This document shows positions 20,509 to 29,763 of a DNA stretch of 64,000 nucleotides, in pieces. A model generated the notes under the pieces. It had not been told where the DNA came from. It saw only the letters and a list, made by a program, of their open reading frames with translations, and did not search any database. The translations under genes were made by a program, and so were the position numbers. Location of the stretch: assembly GCA_963729605.1 (NCBI GenBank), contig CAVSNY010000007.1:448001-512000 (forward strand), in the 5' to 3' direction. Each line of letters starts with the position of its first letter. Position 1 is the first letter of the stretch. The stretch comes from an uncultured Gammaproteobacteria bacterium (GTDB lineage: Bacteria > Pseudomonadota > Gammaproteobacteria > DRLM01).

Positions 20509-21999
20509 ATGGGACTGCCGCAAAGATTCGCCGCGGTGCTGCTGATATTGTCGGTTTGGGCGGTATGGGGTGTCGGTTTTGCGCAAGGCGCTGATGAGGT
20601 AAATAACGATACCCCTTTATCCGAAGAGGGCGAGGCGAATGAGCAAGCAGACGGACCCTTCGATAGATTTTTGTCCGATATTCAGTTGAGCGGTTATCTG
20701 AAAAATGAAACCGCTTTTCGCTATCGTGAGCCGCGCGCTATTACCAAAATTCGCAATATCGCCTATTTCAACGCCAAATATCCCTATAGCTCCCGTTTTA
20801 GGTTTAATTTCTCCGGTTGGGCGTATTACGATTTAGCCTACGATCTCTTCGATTACGATACTATCGCCGCTCGATTTGAGCGTAATGATGACGAGCCCTT
20901 GGCGTTCATCGTCAACTTGCCGCGTGAAAAAGATTCGCCGGTCGCGGAGATTCGCGAACTTTATATGGATATGTTTTTGGGCGACATGGACGTCCGTCTC
21001 GGCAAGCAGTTTGTGGTGTGGGGCGTCTTGGAAGGGGTGCGCATCACCGACGAAATCAACCCCGTGGATTTTCGGGAACTGCTCATGCCCGAATTATTGG
21101 ATTATCGTATCCCGCTTTGGATGGCCAAACTCGACTATTACCGAGAAAACGCCTCCTACCAATTTCTCTGGATACCCGACATCCGTTTCCATAAACCGGC
21201 GCCGCCCGGTTCGGAATGGGAGCTGCTCCAAGAAGTGCCGGGGACTCGCTTTCCAGAGTCCTTCGATTACGAAAATGCGGAGATTGGCATGCGAGTCAGC
21301 ACCAATCGCTGGGATACTGAGCTCAGTTTCAGCTATTTATACACCTGGGATGACTTTCCCGTCGTGTTCCGCCGCGTGCGGCTTAATGAAGCCGACGCCC
21401 CTGAGTTTTATCCAACTTATACCCGCTTGTCGATGTATGGAGCGACATTTATCAAACAACTAAGCTCTTTTATCCTGAAGGGCGAAATGGCCTATGTGAC
21501 CGACAAGTATTTCGCCGTAGCGGATGTCGATAAAAACAGCGACGGCTTTCTCGATAGCAACGGTGAGTTCAAGCGCGATCATATCCGTTGGGGGCTGGGC
21601 GTGGATTATAACTGGGAAGGCATGGACATCTCGCCTAGCCTGGTCCAGTGGATAGTGCTCGATTATGACGAGGCGATCATCCAGGATGAATTCGATACCA
21701 GCGTCAATCTCTTTCTGCGCAAGGAATATCCGCAGAGTTCGATGCTCTTCCAATTTCTGGCGATTTATCTGATCAACCTCGAAGAGCTGTATCTGAAGCC
21801 GAAGTGGACGTTCCGCCTGACCGATCGTTTTCAAATCAGCACCGGCTTGGATATTTTCTTCGGCCAGAAGTCCCAATTCGGCGTCGCGTCGAGCACCGCC
21901 GTCCCCGAGGGCGTGGTGGTACGTGAACAGCGTGCGCAGTTCATTGGCAACTTCCATGACAATGATCGAGTCTTTCTGGAATTTAAATATGCTTTTTAA
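20509..21999 (+). CDS. Outer-membrane beta-barrel, DUF1302-like
   Basis: Signal peptide, REL.Y.D, RLGKQFVVWG, D.INP.D, terminal FKYAF Bam signal. Confidence 0.8.
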   Translation: MGLPQRFAAVLLILSVWAVWGVGFAQGADEVNNDTPLSEEGEANEQADGPFDRFLSDIQLSGYLKNETAFRYREPRAITKIRNIAYFNAKYPYSSRFRFNFSGWAYYDLAYDLFDYDTIAARFERNDDEPLAFIVNLPREKDSPVAEIRELYMDMFLGDMDVRLGKQFVVWGVLEGVRITDEINPVDFRELLMPELLDYRIPLWMAKLDYYRENASYQFLWIPDIRFHKPAPPGSEWELLQEVPGTRFPESFDYENAEIGMRVSTNRWDTELSFSYLYTWDDFPVVFRRVRLNEADAPEFYPTYTRLSMYGATFIKQLSSFILKGEMAYVTDKYFAVADVDKNSDGFLDSNGEFKRDHIRWGLGVDYNWEGMDISPSLVQWIVLDYDEAIIQDEFDTSVNLFLRKEYPQSSMLFQFLAIYLINLEELYLKPKWTFRLTDRFQISTGLDIFFGQKSQFGVASSTAVPEGVVVREQRAQFIGNFHDNDRVFLEFKYAF

Positions 22000-22100
22000 T
22001 ATTGCCCGGCATGTCGCGGTTTTGATGTGCGCAACCGTCGTTGAATGCGCGCTGGAGTTCGCGCCGCAACCGCGGCACTGACCGGATAGGTATCTTAATT

Positions 22101-24593
22101 ATGCTCAAGTCCATTACTTCCGTGGTCACCCGTTACCCCAAGCTGGTCATCGGCTTGATATTGGGCGTGACAATTTTTCTCGCGCTTCAGCTACCCAATT
22201 TGCGCTGGGAAACCGATGCGCGGGTTTATCTGCCTAAAGGCCACGCGGCGATTCTTTACGATGAAAAGGTCGATGAACTGTTCGGCGTCAAAGACGCGGT
22301 TGTCATCGGCATCGTCAATGATGAACACGGCGTATTTAACCCCAACACCCTGGCCCGCATCGCGCGCATCACCGAGAAGGTCGCGGCCTTGCCCGGTGTC
22401 ATAGCTGATCGCCCGGTGGATGTGGCCTCCTTGTCCACCGCGACGATGTTTACCGGCGACGACACCAGCATCGGCACCGTATTGCTGATGCCTAAAATAC
22501 CCGATGATGACGCGGTGGCGGCCCGCCTTAAAGAAGAGGTATTCGCCAACAGCGATTTGTTCGTCGGCAATTTGGTCTCGGCGGACGGCAAGGCGGCCAT
22601 GATCCGGGCTAAGCTGAAAGAAGGGCAAGCCAACCGCTATCAGACCTATTGGCAAATCCAAGGTATTTTGGCCCAAGAAAAAGGCGGGGCCGCCGGTGCG
22701 GGCGGATGGCAGCAAGGTGGGTGGCAGCAAGGCGGCGATGCGCAGGGTAAAGGCTGGCAACAAGGACAATGGGGCGGACAGTCGGCGCAAGATAAATCCG
22801 CGGCCGCCGAGCCGGTACCCGAGCTCAATGGCGATACATTTTATTTGGCGGGCCGGCCGGTGATCGAAGTGACGTCGGGCATGCATGCCATGGACGACAT
22901 GAAGGTGATGATCCCGTTGCTGATGGTGGCGCTGGCGATTACGCTGTTTCTGGTTTTCCGAACCGGGCGCGGGGTGTTTTTACCGCTGTTCGTAATGGGC
23001 GCGGCCATCGTATGGACCATGGGTATCATGGTATTGCTGGATGTGCCTTTGTACACTATATCCACCATGTTGCCGGTGATCCTGGTGGCGGTGAGTATCG
23101 GCGATGCAGTGCATCTCATGAGCCATTATTACGATCATGTGCTCGAAGACGCCCACCAGCCCAGCGCCACCATCGTTACCGACATCATGAATAAACTGGG
23201 CGCGCCCTTATTGACGACCTCGGTAACCACCGCGGTGGGTTTTCTCACGCTGTTTTTTGCCGAAATGCCGCCCTTCGTGGTGTTTGGAATGTTTACCGTG
23301 CTAGGCATCGCCGTGAGTTGGCTGTTGACCGTGACATTTATTCCGGCGATGTTGACCATGATGCAGCCCAAGGTGGGCGGCTATCTGGCCAAGCGGCGGG
23401 CCATGCGAATTCACACCGAGCAAAATCGCCTGACGAAATGGCTGGTACAGACCGCCACTTTTTTGCATCGGGCCCGGCATGCGGCCATGGTTATGTTGCT
23501 GGTGCTGGTGGTCGTCGCGGCTTGGGGCGCCACCAAGTTGTACGTGGACTCGAGTTGGATGAATGACTTTCGCCAGGACAGCGAATTGGTCATGGCCAAC
23601 AAGATGCTGAACGAGCGTTTCGATGGCGCGATCTTTTTAAATGTGGTGATCGAAGGGGCGCGGAAAGATGCTTTTAAATCCCCCGAACTGTTGAAGCGGG
23701 TCGAGGCCTTGCAGGCCTACGGTGAAACCTTGCCCTATGTGGGCAGCGGCCGTTCGATAGTGGACTACATTAAAAATATGAATATGACCTTGCACGCCGG
23801 TGATAAGGCCTACAATGTCATTCCCGAGACCGAGGCTCAGATAGGCGAATATCTTTTCTTATTTTCCGTGTCGGGGCGCCCCCAGCAGTTGGACGAAATC
23901 ATCGATTACGATTATAAGACGGCGTTGCTCACCTTCATTATTAAAACCGATCATACCCAAGATCTACAGAACATCATCAAAGGCCTCAAGCAGCAGGCTG
24001 ATGAGACGTTCGCTGGTCATGACGTGAAGGTGAATTATGCGGGCTCGGCCAACAACTCTTATATCTGGGCCGGCTTGTTGATCGACAGCCAGATGAACTC
24101 CATCATGATGTCGAAGATCGCCATTCTGTTGATCGCGATAGTCTTGTTCCGTGCGTTCAAGGCGGGTTTGTTCACGGTGATCCCGGTCACCTTGACTACC
24201 ATGTTTATAGCCGGATATTCAGGATTCGCGGGGATTCCCATCGACGTATCCACCGCCTTGGCCGCCGGGGTGGCGGTGGGCGTGGGCGTCGATTATGCGA
24301 TCCATTTTATTTATCGCTATGAAGAGGAATACCGGCGTTTCGGCGATGCCCTGTCGGCGGCTCAGGCGACCATGCGCAGCGTGGGCAAGACCGTCGTCTT
24401 CAACGCCGTGGTGGTGACGGTCGGATTCTCTGTGTTGTTTTGGTCGCAGTTCCCGCCTCACGTCAAGCTGGGTTATTTCGTCGTGGCGTATATGGTGATC
24501 AGTTGCGTGGTGGCCTTGGTAGTGCTGCCATTGCTGTATTATTTTCGTTATCCGCTCGAGCCGAAAGCGATGGAGGAGAGGGCGCATGCCTAA
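22101..24593 (+). CDS. MMPL/RND family exporter
   Basis: Two repeats of 1 TM + periplasmic domain + 5 TM; SIGDAVH and GVGVDYAIH motifs; W/Q/G-rich insertion. Confidence 0.9.
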   Translation: MLKSITSVVTRYPKLVIGLILGVTIFLALQLPNLRWETDARVYLPKGHAAILYDEKVDELFGVKDAVVIGIVNDEHGVFNPNTLARIARITEKVAALPGVIADRPVDVASLSTATMFTGDDTSIGTVLLMPKIPDDDAVAARLKEEVFANSDLFVGNLVSADGKAAMIRAKLKEGQANRYQTYWQIQGILAQEKGGAAGAGGWQQGGWQQGGDAQGKGWQQGQWGGQSAQDKSAAAEPVPELNGDTFYLAGRPVIEVTSGMHAMDDMKVMIPLLMVALAITLFLVFRTGRGVFLPLFVMGAAIVWTMGIMVLLDVPLYTISTMLPVILVAVSIGDAVHLMSHYYDHVLEDAHQPSATIVTDIMNKLGAPLLTTSVTTAVGFLTLFFAEMPPFVVFGMFTVLGIAVSWLLTVTFIPAMLTMMQPKVGGYLAKRRAMRIHTEQNRLTKWLVQTATFLHRARHAAMVMLLVLVVVAAWGATKLYVDSSWMNDFRQDSELVMANKMLNERFDGAIFLNVVIEGARKDAFKSPELLKRVEALQAYGETLPYVGSGRSIVDYIKNMNMTLHAGDKAYNVIPETEAQIGEYLFLFSVSGRPQQLDEIIDYDYKTALLTFIIKTDHTQDLQNIIKGLKQQADETFAGHDVKVNYAGSANNSYIWAGLLIDSQMNSIMMSKIAILLIAIVLFRAFKAGLFTVIPVTLTTMFIAGYSGFAGIPIDVSTALAAGVAVGVGVDYAIHFIYRYEEEYRRFGDALSAAQATMRSVGKTVVFNAVVVTVGFSVLFWSQFPPHVKLGYFVVAYMVISCVVALVVLPLLYYFRYPLEPKAMEERAHA

Positions 24594-25476
24594 GACGCGG
24601 CGCCTACTCTGGGCGTTCTCGATCATGGCGGTAATGGCGACCGGCGCCTCCGCTGAAGAGAATCCTCGCGCCTGGGGTCTGTCTCCCTATATCGGTGTGC
24701 ACCATCCCGGTTTGGAGAATCTCAATAACGGTCAGTTTCGTTCTCCTTATCAAGGCACCGCCGACATCATCGACGATTTGGGATTTAACACCCCGACCGG
24801 ATTCACCTATCGAAATCCTATGCCTGAGCTCGAGCCCGGGACACTGGCGGGTTTGGAGTTTCTTTGGAATATTAACGACAAACATGTCCTGTTGATCGGC
24901 GGCGGTTCATGGGAATCTACGTCGTTCGCCACCGCTGAAGGTATGTTCCCGGTGCAGGGCGCCCTTGAATCCGCGGTGTCGCAACGCAAGGGCGATCTCT
25001 CTTATACCGAATTCTATCTGGGTTGGCGTTACAATGCGATCCGCAAGCCGAAAAAATACAACCTCTATCTGCGGCTGTCGGCGCACGAAGTGTTCGACAT
25101 CGATTATCGTGAAGATTTTTCCCTGTTGTTTTTGAGCGGTCCGCCGCGCAGCTTTCGTAAATCCTTAGTGGTGCAGGCGCAAGCCACCGGTTTGCTTCTA
25201 TTGCAGGGCGGCGGCGGCGGAGAGTGGTTTATCAACGACTGGTTATCGTTGGGGGCGGAGGCCGGCTACACCTTCGGTATGAAGGAAATGACTTTGGGTG
25301 ACGGCCGGGTCTCCACGGACTTCCGCTCTACGGACAATTTGTTTTTGGAAGTCCCCATCGTCCCCGGCAACGACGGACGTATGCAATATAAAGTGGAGTC
25401 GGGCGGGGAATATCGCCAGTTGAGATTGAAGTTTGACGGCTGGAAGGCGCTGCTCAAGATCACGCTTTATTACTGA
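24586..25476 (+). CDS. Predicted outer-membrane beta-barrel protein
   Basis: Signal peptide, alternating amphipathic strands, ends LKITLYY; overlaps the MMPL stop. Confidence 0.65.
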   Translation: MPKTRRLLWAFSIMAVMATGASAEENPRAWGLSPYIGVHHPGLENLNNGQFRSPYQGTADIIDDLGFNTPTGFTYRNPMPELEPGTLAGLEFLWNINDKHVLLIGGGSWESTSFATAEGMFPVQGALESAVSQRKGDLSYTEFYLGWRYNAIRKPKKYNLYLRLSAHEVFDIDYREDFSLLFLSGPPRSFRKSLVVQAQATGLLLLQGGGGGEWFINDWLSLGAEAGYTFGMKEMTLGDGRVSTDFRSTDNLFLEVPIVPGNDGRMQYKVESGGEYRQLRLKFDGWKALLKITLYY

Positions 25477-28241
25477 TGAGGCTTGAGAGAGTGATGCGCT
25501 CGCAATCGACAAAATATTCGACCCATCACCGCGCGGGAACCGGGCGCTGTTTTGCCGCCATTTTATTAATGCTTTGCTCGTTGTGCGGTGTCGCCGCCGC
25601 CGAGGATGCGCCGGTTGCGCCGCAATCCGGCACGGCCGAGCTGATGGAGGAGGGACGGCAGCTCTTGCAACAAAATGAGTTGGCGCGCGCGCTACAGATA
25701 TTCGAGGAGGTATTGGCCGTCGCTCCCGCCAATGCGGAGGCCTTATTTAATGCGGGCACCTTGTATTTGCGTATGAATGAAGTGGAGCGCGGTTTGGATT
25801 ATCTGCGTCGCAGCGCGCAACTGGTCCCGGATAATTTTAGAGTGCGCTTGGTGTTGGCGCAGGCTTATGAAAATTTGCGTCTGGTGGATCAGGCTATCGA
25901 AGAATATCGGCGGGTGGTCGGTATCACTCCCAATAGCCAGGAGGGCCGGGAGGCGGATAAACGCAGTCGGATTTTGATCGGCAAAAAATACGGCGAGCAA
26001 GGTGACATCGAACGCGCCTTGCAGATATTCAACGCGGTACTGTCCGAATATCCCAACGACGCGCCGGTGTTGGTCGATGCCGGTTTGTCGAATCTGTTGC
26101 TCAACCGGCTGGACGATGCTCAGGCGCAATTGGAACGCGCCATATCGCTGCAACCGAATCACCCGATGGCGCATAAATATCTGGGCGACATTTACGATCG
26201 CAAGGGCGATCTGATCCGTGCCGAAGAACACTATCAAAAAACCATGCAGTTGGTGCCGATGGGGTCGGCGCCGGCGCGCCAAGCGCAATTCAAGCTGACC
26301 TTGATCGGTGGTTTGCGTGCGTTGAGCAATGATCAGATGGCGGAGGCGGTACGCCTCTTCGAAGAGGCGCTGGCCATGGAGCCCGGCAATGCGCTGGTGC
26401 GACTTAATTTGGCGACGGCTTACCGCGGTATCGGTCGGCAGACGGAGGCCGAGCAACTGTTGCGCGGATTGCTCGAGGAAAACCCCTCGGATCTGGATGC
26501 GCGTTTGCGTTATGGTGCCTTGTTGTTCGAGGAAGGCAAACTCGATGAGGCGGCCCGCGAACTGGAAGAGGTGATGGCCAAAGGCCAGGGCGGTTCTCAG
26601 GCCCGCCAGGCGGGGCAGTTCCTCACCGAATTATATAAAACCGCGCAAGGCAAGGAGGTGCAGAACCGGATCGTGGAGGAACGGATCGCCGCACGCCGGG
26701 CCCTGGTCATCCAAGACCCGGACAATCGCGAGGCATGGTTGGACTTGGCGGTGATTTATCTCAATTTGCGCCGCACTCCGGAGGCGACCGAGGCCTTTGA
26801 AAACGTCATTCGTTTGGACCCCGCCCATGAGCGGGTGCAGCATACCTTGGCGGAGTTGTACGATGAGCAAGGCAATTATTCCAAGGCGGTGCCGGCTTTC
26901 ACCCGGGCCTTGGAGTTGACGCGCGACGACGAGGTCAAAAAGAAAATTCAGAAGCAATTGGTCTTGGCCTTGGCCAAGAAGGCTTATACTGAAGGCAAAT
27001 TCGATCAAGCCAAATCACAGTTCAAGAGCATCATCAGGGATGACCCCGAGAATTATGTCGCGCATTTCTTTATGGCGCTGTTGCATGCCCGCGACGAGCA
27101 GTTTGAGAATGCCGCCGCGGAATACGCCGAGGTGATTCGCATCGTGCCCGGGCATTTGGGCGCGCGTTTGAATCTGGCGCTGGTTTATGAACAGTTGGGG
27201 CGGGAAGAAGACGCCCTCCCCGAATATCGCGCCGTGATGCGCGCCGGACCGGCGGAGATGGCGCAGGCCGCCAAAAAACGTCTGGACAGTTTGCAGAAAC
27301 GCATCGACGGTTTTACCTACCGGGTCGGCTATGTGATGAGCTGGGATAACAACAGCAACTTGAGCGAGGCGAATCCCGCGGACGAATTGCGTTCCGACCT
27401 CAGCGGCGGCGTTACTTATCGCCATAAACTGCGCGGTAAGCGAGTTACCTGGGGGGTGAGTTATAATCCCGCCTATACCGTTTTTCACAATGGCCAATAC
27501 GATTTCGCGATCACCGAGGTGGTGCCGTTCGTGGCGGGCACCTGGCGTGATTATGATTTTTCCACTAATTATAGCTACAGCCGGATGGACGGGTTTCTGA
27601 ACGAGGAGCTGGTCAACGAATCCTCGACCTTTTACGCCGACGCCCTCAAACGTTTAAAAATGCGTCCTTGGCTGCCCTTTTTGGCGCAGGATTTGAAGCA
27701 AGTGCAGAGCGCATTGCAGATCAATGTCAGTTACCGCCATTTTGAATCGGATTCGTCGCCCTTGTTCAATGCCGACAGTTATTCGTTGGGAGGATTACTC
27801 AATCAATCCCTCGCCAACGGCTGGTCGTGGACCGGCACTTACGGATTCACCGACAACACCAACGCCTTGGCCATCGGTAATGATTTCGCTTACACCAGCC
27901 ATAGCCTGTCATTACAACTCAGCAAATTTTTGTTTCCGGGCATGAGCGCCAACGGCGGCTACAGTTACAGCTATTCTCTTTATAAAAACCCCGACTCCGT
28001 CACCCGTTTTCGGGAGAACCGCATCAACCATTTTCATTCGTTGTCGATGGGCTTCAATTATTTCATCAACGAACAGCTGCGATTCTTCATGAACTATTCA
28101 TTCCAGCTAAACCAATCGAATCTGCCCATCGGTTTCATCGTCCGTCCCGAGGATGTGAGCACCGCGGTAGGCCTGCAAAGCCCGTCCCTGGGGAGTTATC
28201 AGAAGCAGATGCTGGGTTTAGGCATATCGGTCAATTTCTAG
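25476..28241 (+). CDS. Periplasmic TPR array fused to a C-terminal outer-membrane beta-barrel
   Basis: Many TPR motifs over roughly the first 600 aa, then an aromatic/Ser/Asn-rich strand region ending GISVNF. Confidence 0.85.
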   Translation: MRLERVMRSQSTKYSTHHRAGTGRCFAAILLMLCSLCGVAAAEDAPVAPQSGTAELMEEGRQLLQQNELARALQIFEEVLAVAPANAEALFNAGTLYLRMNEVERGLDYLRRSAQLVPDNFRVRLVLAQAYENLRLVDQAIEEYRRVVGITPNSQEGREADKRSRILIGKKYGEQGDIERALQIFNAVLSEYPNDAPVLVDAGLSNLLLNRLDDAQAQLERAISLQPNHPMAHKYLGDIYDRKGDLIRAEEHYQKTMQLVPMGSAPARQAQFKLTLIGGLRALSNDQMAEAVRLFEEALAMEPGNALVRLNLATAYRGIGRQTEAEQLLRGLLEENPSDLDARLRYGALLFEEGKLDEAARELEEVMAKGQGGSQARQAGQFLTELYKTAQGKEVQNRIVEERIAARRALVIQDPDNREAWLDLAVIYLNLRRTPEATEAFENVIRLDPAHERVQHTLAELYDEQGNYSKAVPAFTRALELTRDDEVKKKIQKQLVLALAKKAYTEGKFDQAKSQFKSIIRDDPENYVAHFFMALLHARDEQFENAAAEYAEVIRIVPGHLGARLNLALVYEQLGREEDALPEYRAVMRAGPAEMAQAAKKRLDSLQKRIDGFTYRVGYVMSWDNNSNLSEANPADELRSDLSGGVTYRHKLRGKRVTWGVSYNPAYTVFHNGQYDFAITEVVPFVAGTWRDYDFSTNYSYSRMDGFLNEELVNESSTFYADALKRLKMRPWLPFLAQDLKQVQSALQINVSYRHFESDSSPLFNADSYSLGGLLNQSLANGWSWTGTYGFTDNTNALAIGNDFAYTSHSLSLQLSKFLFPGMSANGGYSYSYSLYKNPDSVTRFRENRINHFHSLSMGFNYFINEQLRFFMNYSFQLNQSNLPIGFIVRPEDVSTAVGLQSPSLGSYQKQMLGLGISVNF

Positions 28242-28267
28242 CGAGTGTCGCGCACGAGGAGAAGAGG

Positions 28268-28888
28268 ATGATGGCGGCTCAGGTCGTTGATCGCGCCGAG
28301 TTCGATGCCTTGGTGGCCTTCCATGGTTGTTATTGTCTGGATATCGCCTTGGGATACCGGGTGGTGAAGGCCTTGCAGCGCGAGATGGGTGAGGATATGC
28401 GCAATCTGAAACAGGTCGTTGCTTATGCCGGTGCGCCCACTTGCGCGGTGGACGCCGTGCAGCAGCTCGCCGGCTGTACCTTGGGCAAGCGCAATCTGTA
28501 TTACACCAACACCGGCAAATCCACCTTTGTGTTTCACAATACCGTGACCGCTAAAGCGGTGCGGGCCTATTGCCATTATTGGGACGACTTCGATCACGAG
28601 GCCTTGCGCCGCTGCCGTAAAGAAGCCGCCGATCCGGCGACCGGCACGCCGGAAAAGAAGCAGGCCCTGCAAACCTTGCTGGAGCGCGAAGTGGACAAGA
28701 TTCTCGGCTTGCCCGAGGACGAGTTGTTCACCCTGTCGCGAGTGACGTTGCCGGTGCCGCCCAGGTTTTCCAAGTACCGCTCCGAGCCCTGCGCGGCCTG
28801 CGGCGAATACGCCAAGCATGATCTGCTAGTGGAGCGCGCCGGCCGCAAACTCTGCGCGGAATGTTGCGCGGCAGATAACAACGACTAG
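28268..28888 (+). CDS. FmdE family protein with C-terminal zinc finger
   Basis: FHGCYC, CAVDAVQ..GCTLGKRNL, CAACGE...LCAEC. Confidence 0.88.
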   Translation: MMAAQVVDRAEFDALVAFHGCYCLDIALGYRVVKALQREMGEDMRNLKQVVAYAGAPTCAVDAVQQLAGCTLGKRNLYYTNTGKSTFVFHNTVTAKAVRAYCHYWDDFDHEALRRCRKEAADPATGTPEKKQALQTLLEREVDKILGLPEDELFTLSRVTLPVPPRFSKYRSEPCAACGEYAKHDLLVERAGRKLCAECCAADNND

Positions 28889-28915
28889 CCGATCAATGCG
28901 CCGTCGCTGAAAAGC

Positions 28916-28940
28916 AAAAGGGGCCGCGGCCCCTTTTTTT
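28916..28940. terminator. Bidirectional terminator between convergent fmdE-like and ABC genes
   Basis: AAAAGGGGCC-GC-GGCCCCTTTTTTT. Confidence 0.8.
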
Positions 28941-28963
28941 CATGAACAAAACGCCGGGCGTGT

Positions 28964-29731
28964 TTAATCGCGCAGGGTGTTGAAGGCCGACACCGCCCAC
29001 CATAACGCGGCGACGGTGAATCCGGTGAGGATCAACAGCGCCGTGCCGAACGCGGCTAAATCCGGCGTGCCCACCAGCACCGCGCGCACTGCCTCCACCG
29101 AGTAGTTGATGGGGTTGATCATGGAAATGTATTTGATCCAGCCGGGCATGAAGTCGGCGGGCACCAGCGCGGTGGAAAAAAACATCAAGGGCAGGGTCAT
29201 CAGATTGCCGATAATCACCAGCGGCTCTTCCCGTTGCAGGGCGATGGCGAAGCCATTGGAGATCGCGGCGAAACACAGTCCCAGCAACACCACCACCAGC
29301 ATGCTCAAGCCCAGATAGACCGGATTGAGATTGAGCTTGGCGCCCATGGCCCAGGCCACGATCAGCATGATCAAGACCTGCACCACCACTTGCGCGGTGG
29401 AGTGCAGCACCCGGCTCAGCACGATCGCCACCCGCGACACCGGCGACACCAGCATCTTGTCCACGGTGCCGGATTGAATCTCGCGCAACAGGCTCACCCC
29501 GCTCCACGACGAACCGAACAGCACGGTCATGATCAACACGCCGGGCACGAAGAAATCCATGTAATTGTCGGTGGGGAAGCCGGGCAGCTGGGTGATGTTC
29601 TTGAATAATTGGCCGAAGATGATCAGCCAGATCAGCGGCTGCACCAAGGTGAAGAGCGTCCACATCGGCATGCGGATGGTGATCTTCATGTATTTGTTGA
29701 ATAGATGCCACGTGTCGGCGAGCATGAGCAT
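28964..29731 (-). CDS. ABC-2 type exporter permease (DrrB-like)
   Basis: LVQPLIWL..FG, FFVPG, LVSPVSR, NPINYSVEAVR; about 6 TM. Confidence 0.92.
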   Translation of the reverse strand: MLMLADTWHLFNKYMKITIRMPMWTLFTLVQPLIWLIIFGQLFKNITQLPGFPTDNYMDFFVPGVLIMTVLFGSSWSGVSLLREIQSGTVDKMLVSPVSRVAIVLSRVLHSTAQVVVQVLIMLIVAWAMGAKLNLNPVYLGLSMLVVVLLGLCFAAISNGFAIALQREEPLVIIGNLMTLPLMFFSTALVPADFMPGWIKYISMINPINYSVEAVRAVLVGTPDLAAFGTALLILTGFTVAALWWAVSAFNTLRD

Positions 29732-29763
29732 TCCTCTGGAATTTTATCGGTGACCGAGCGTGG

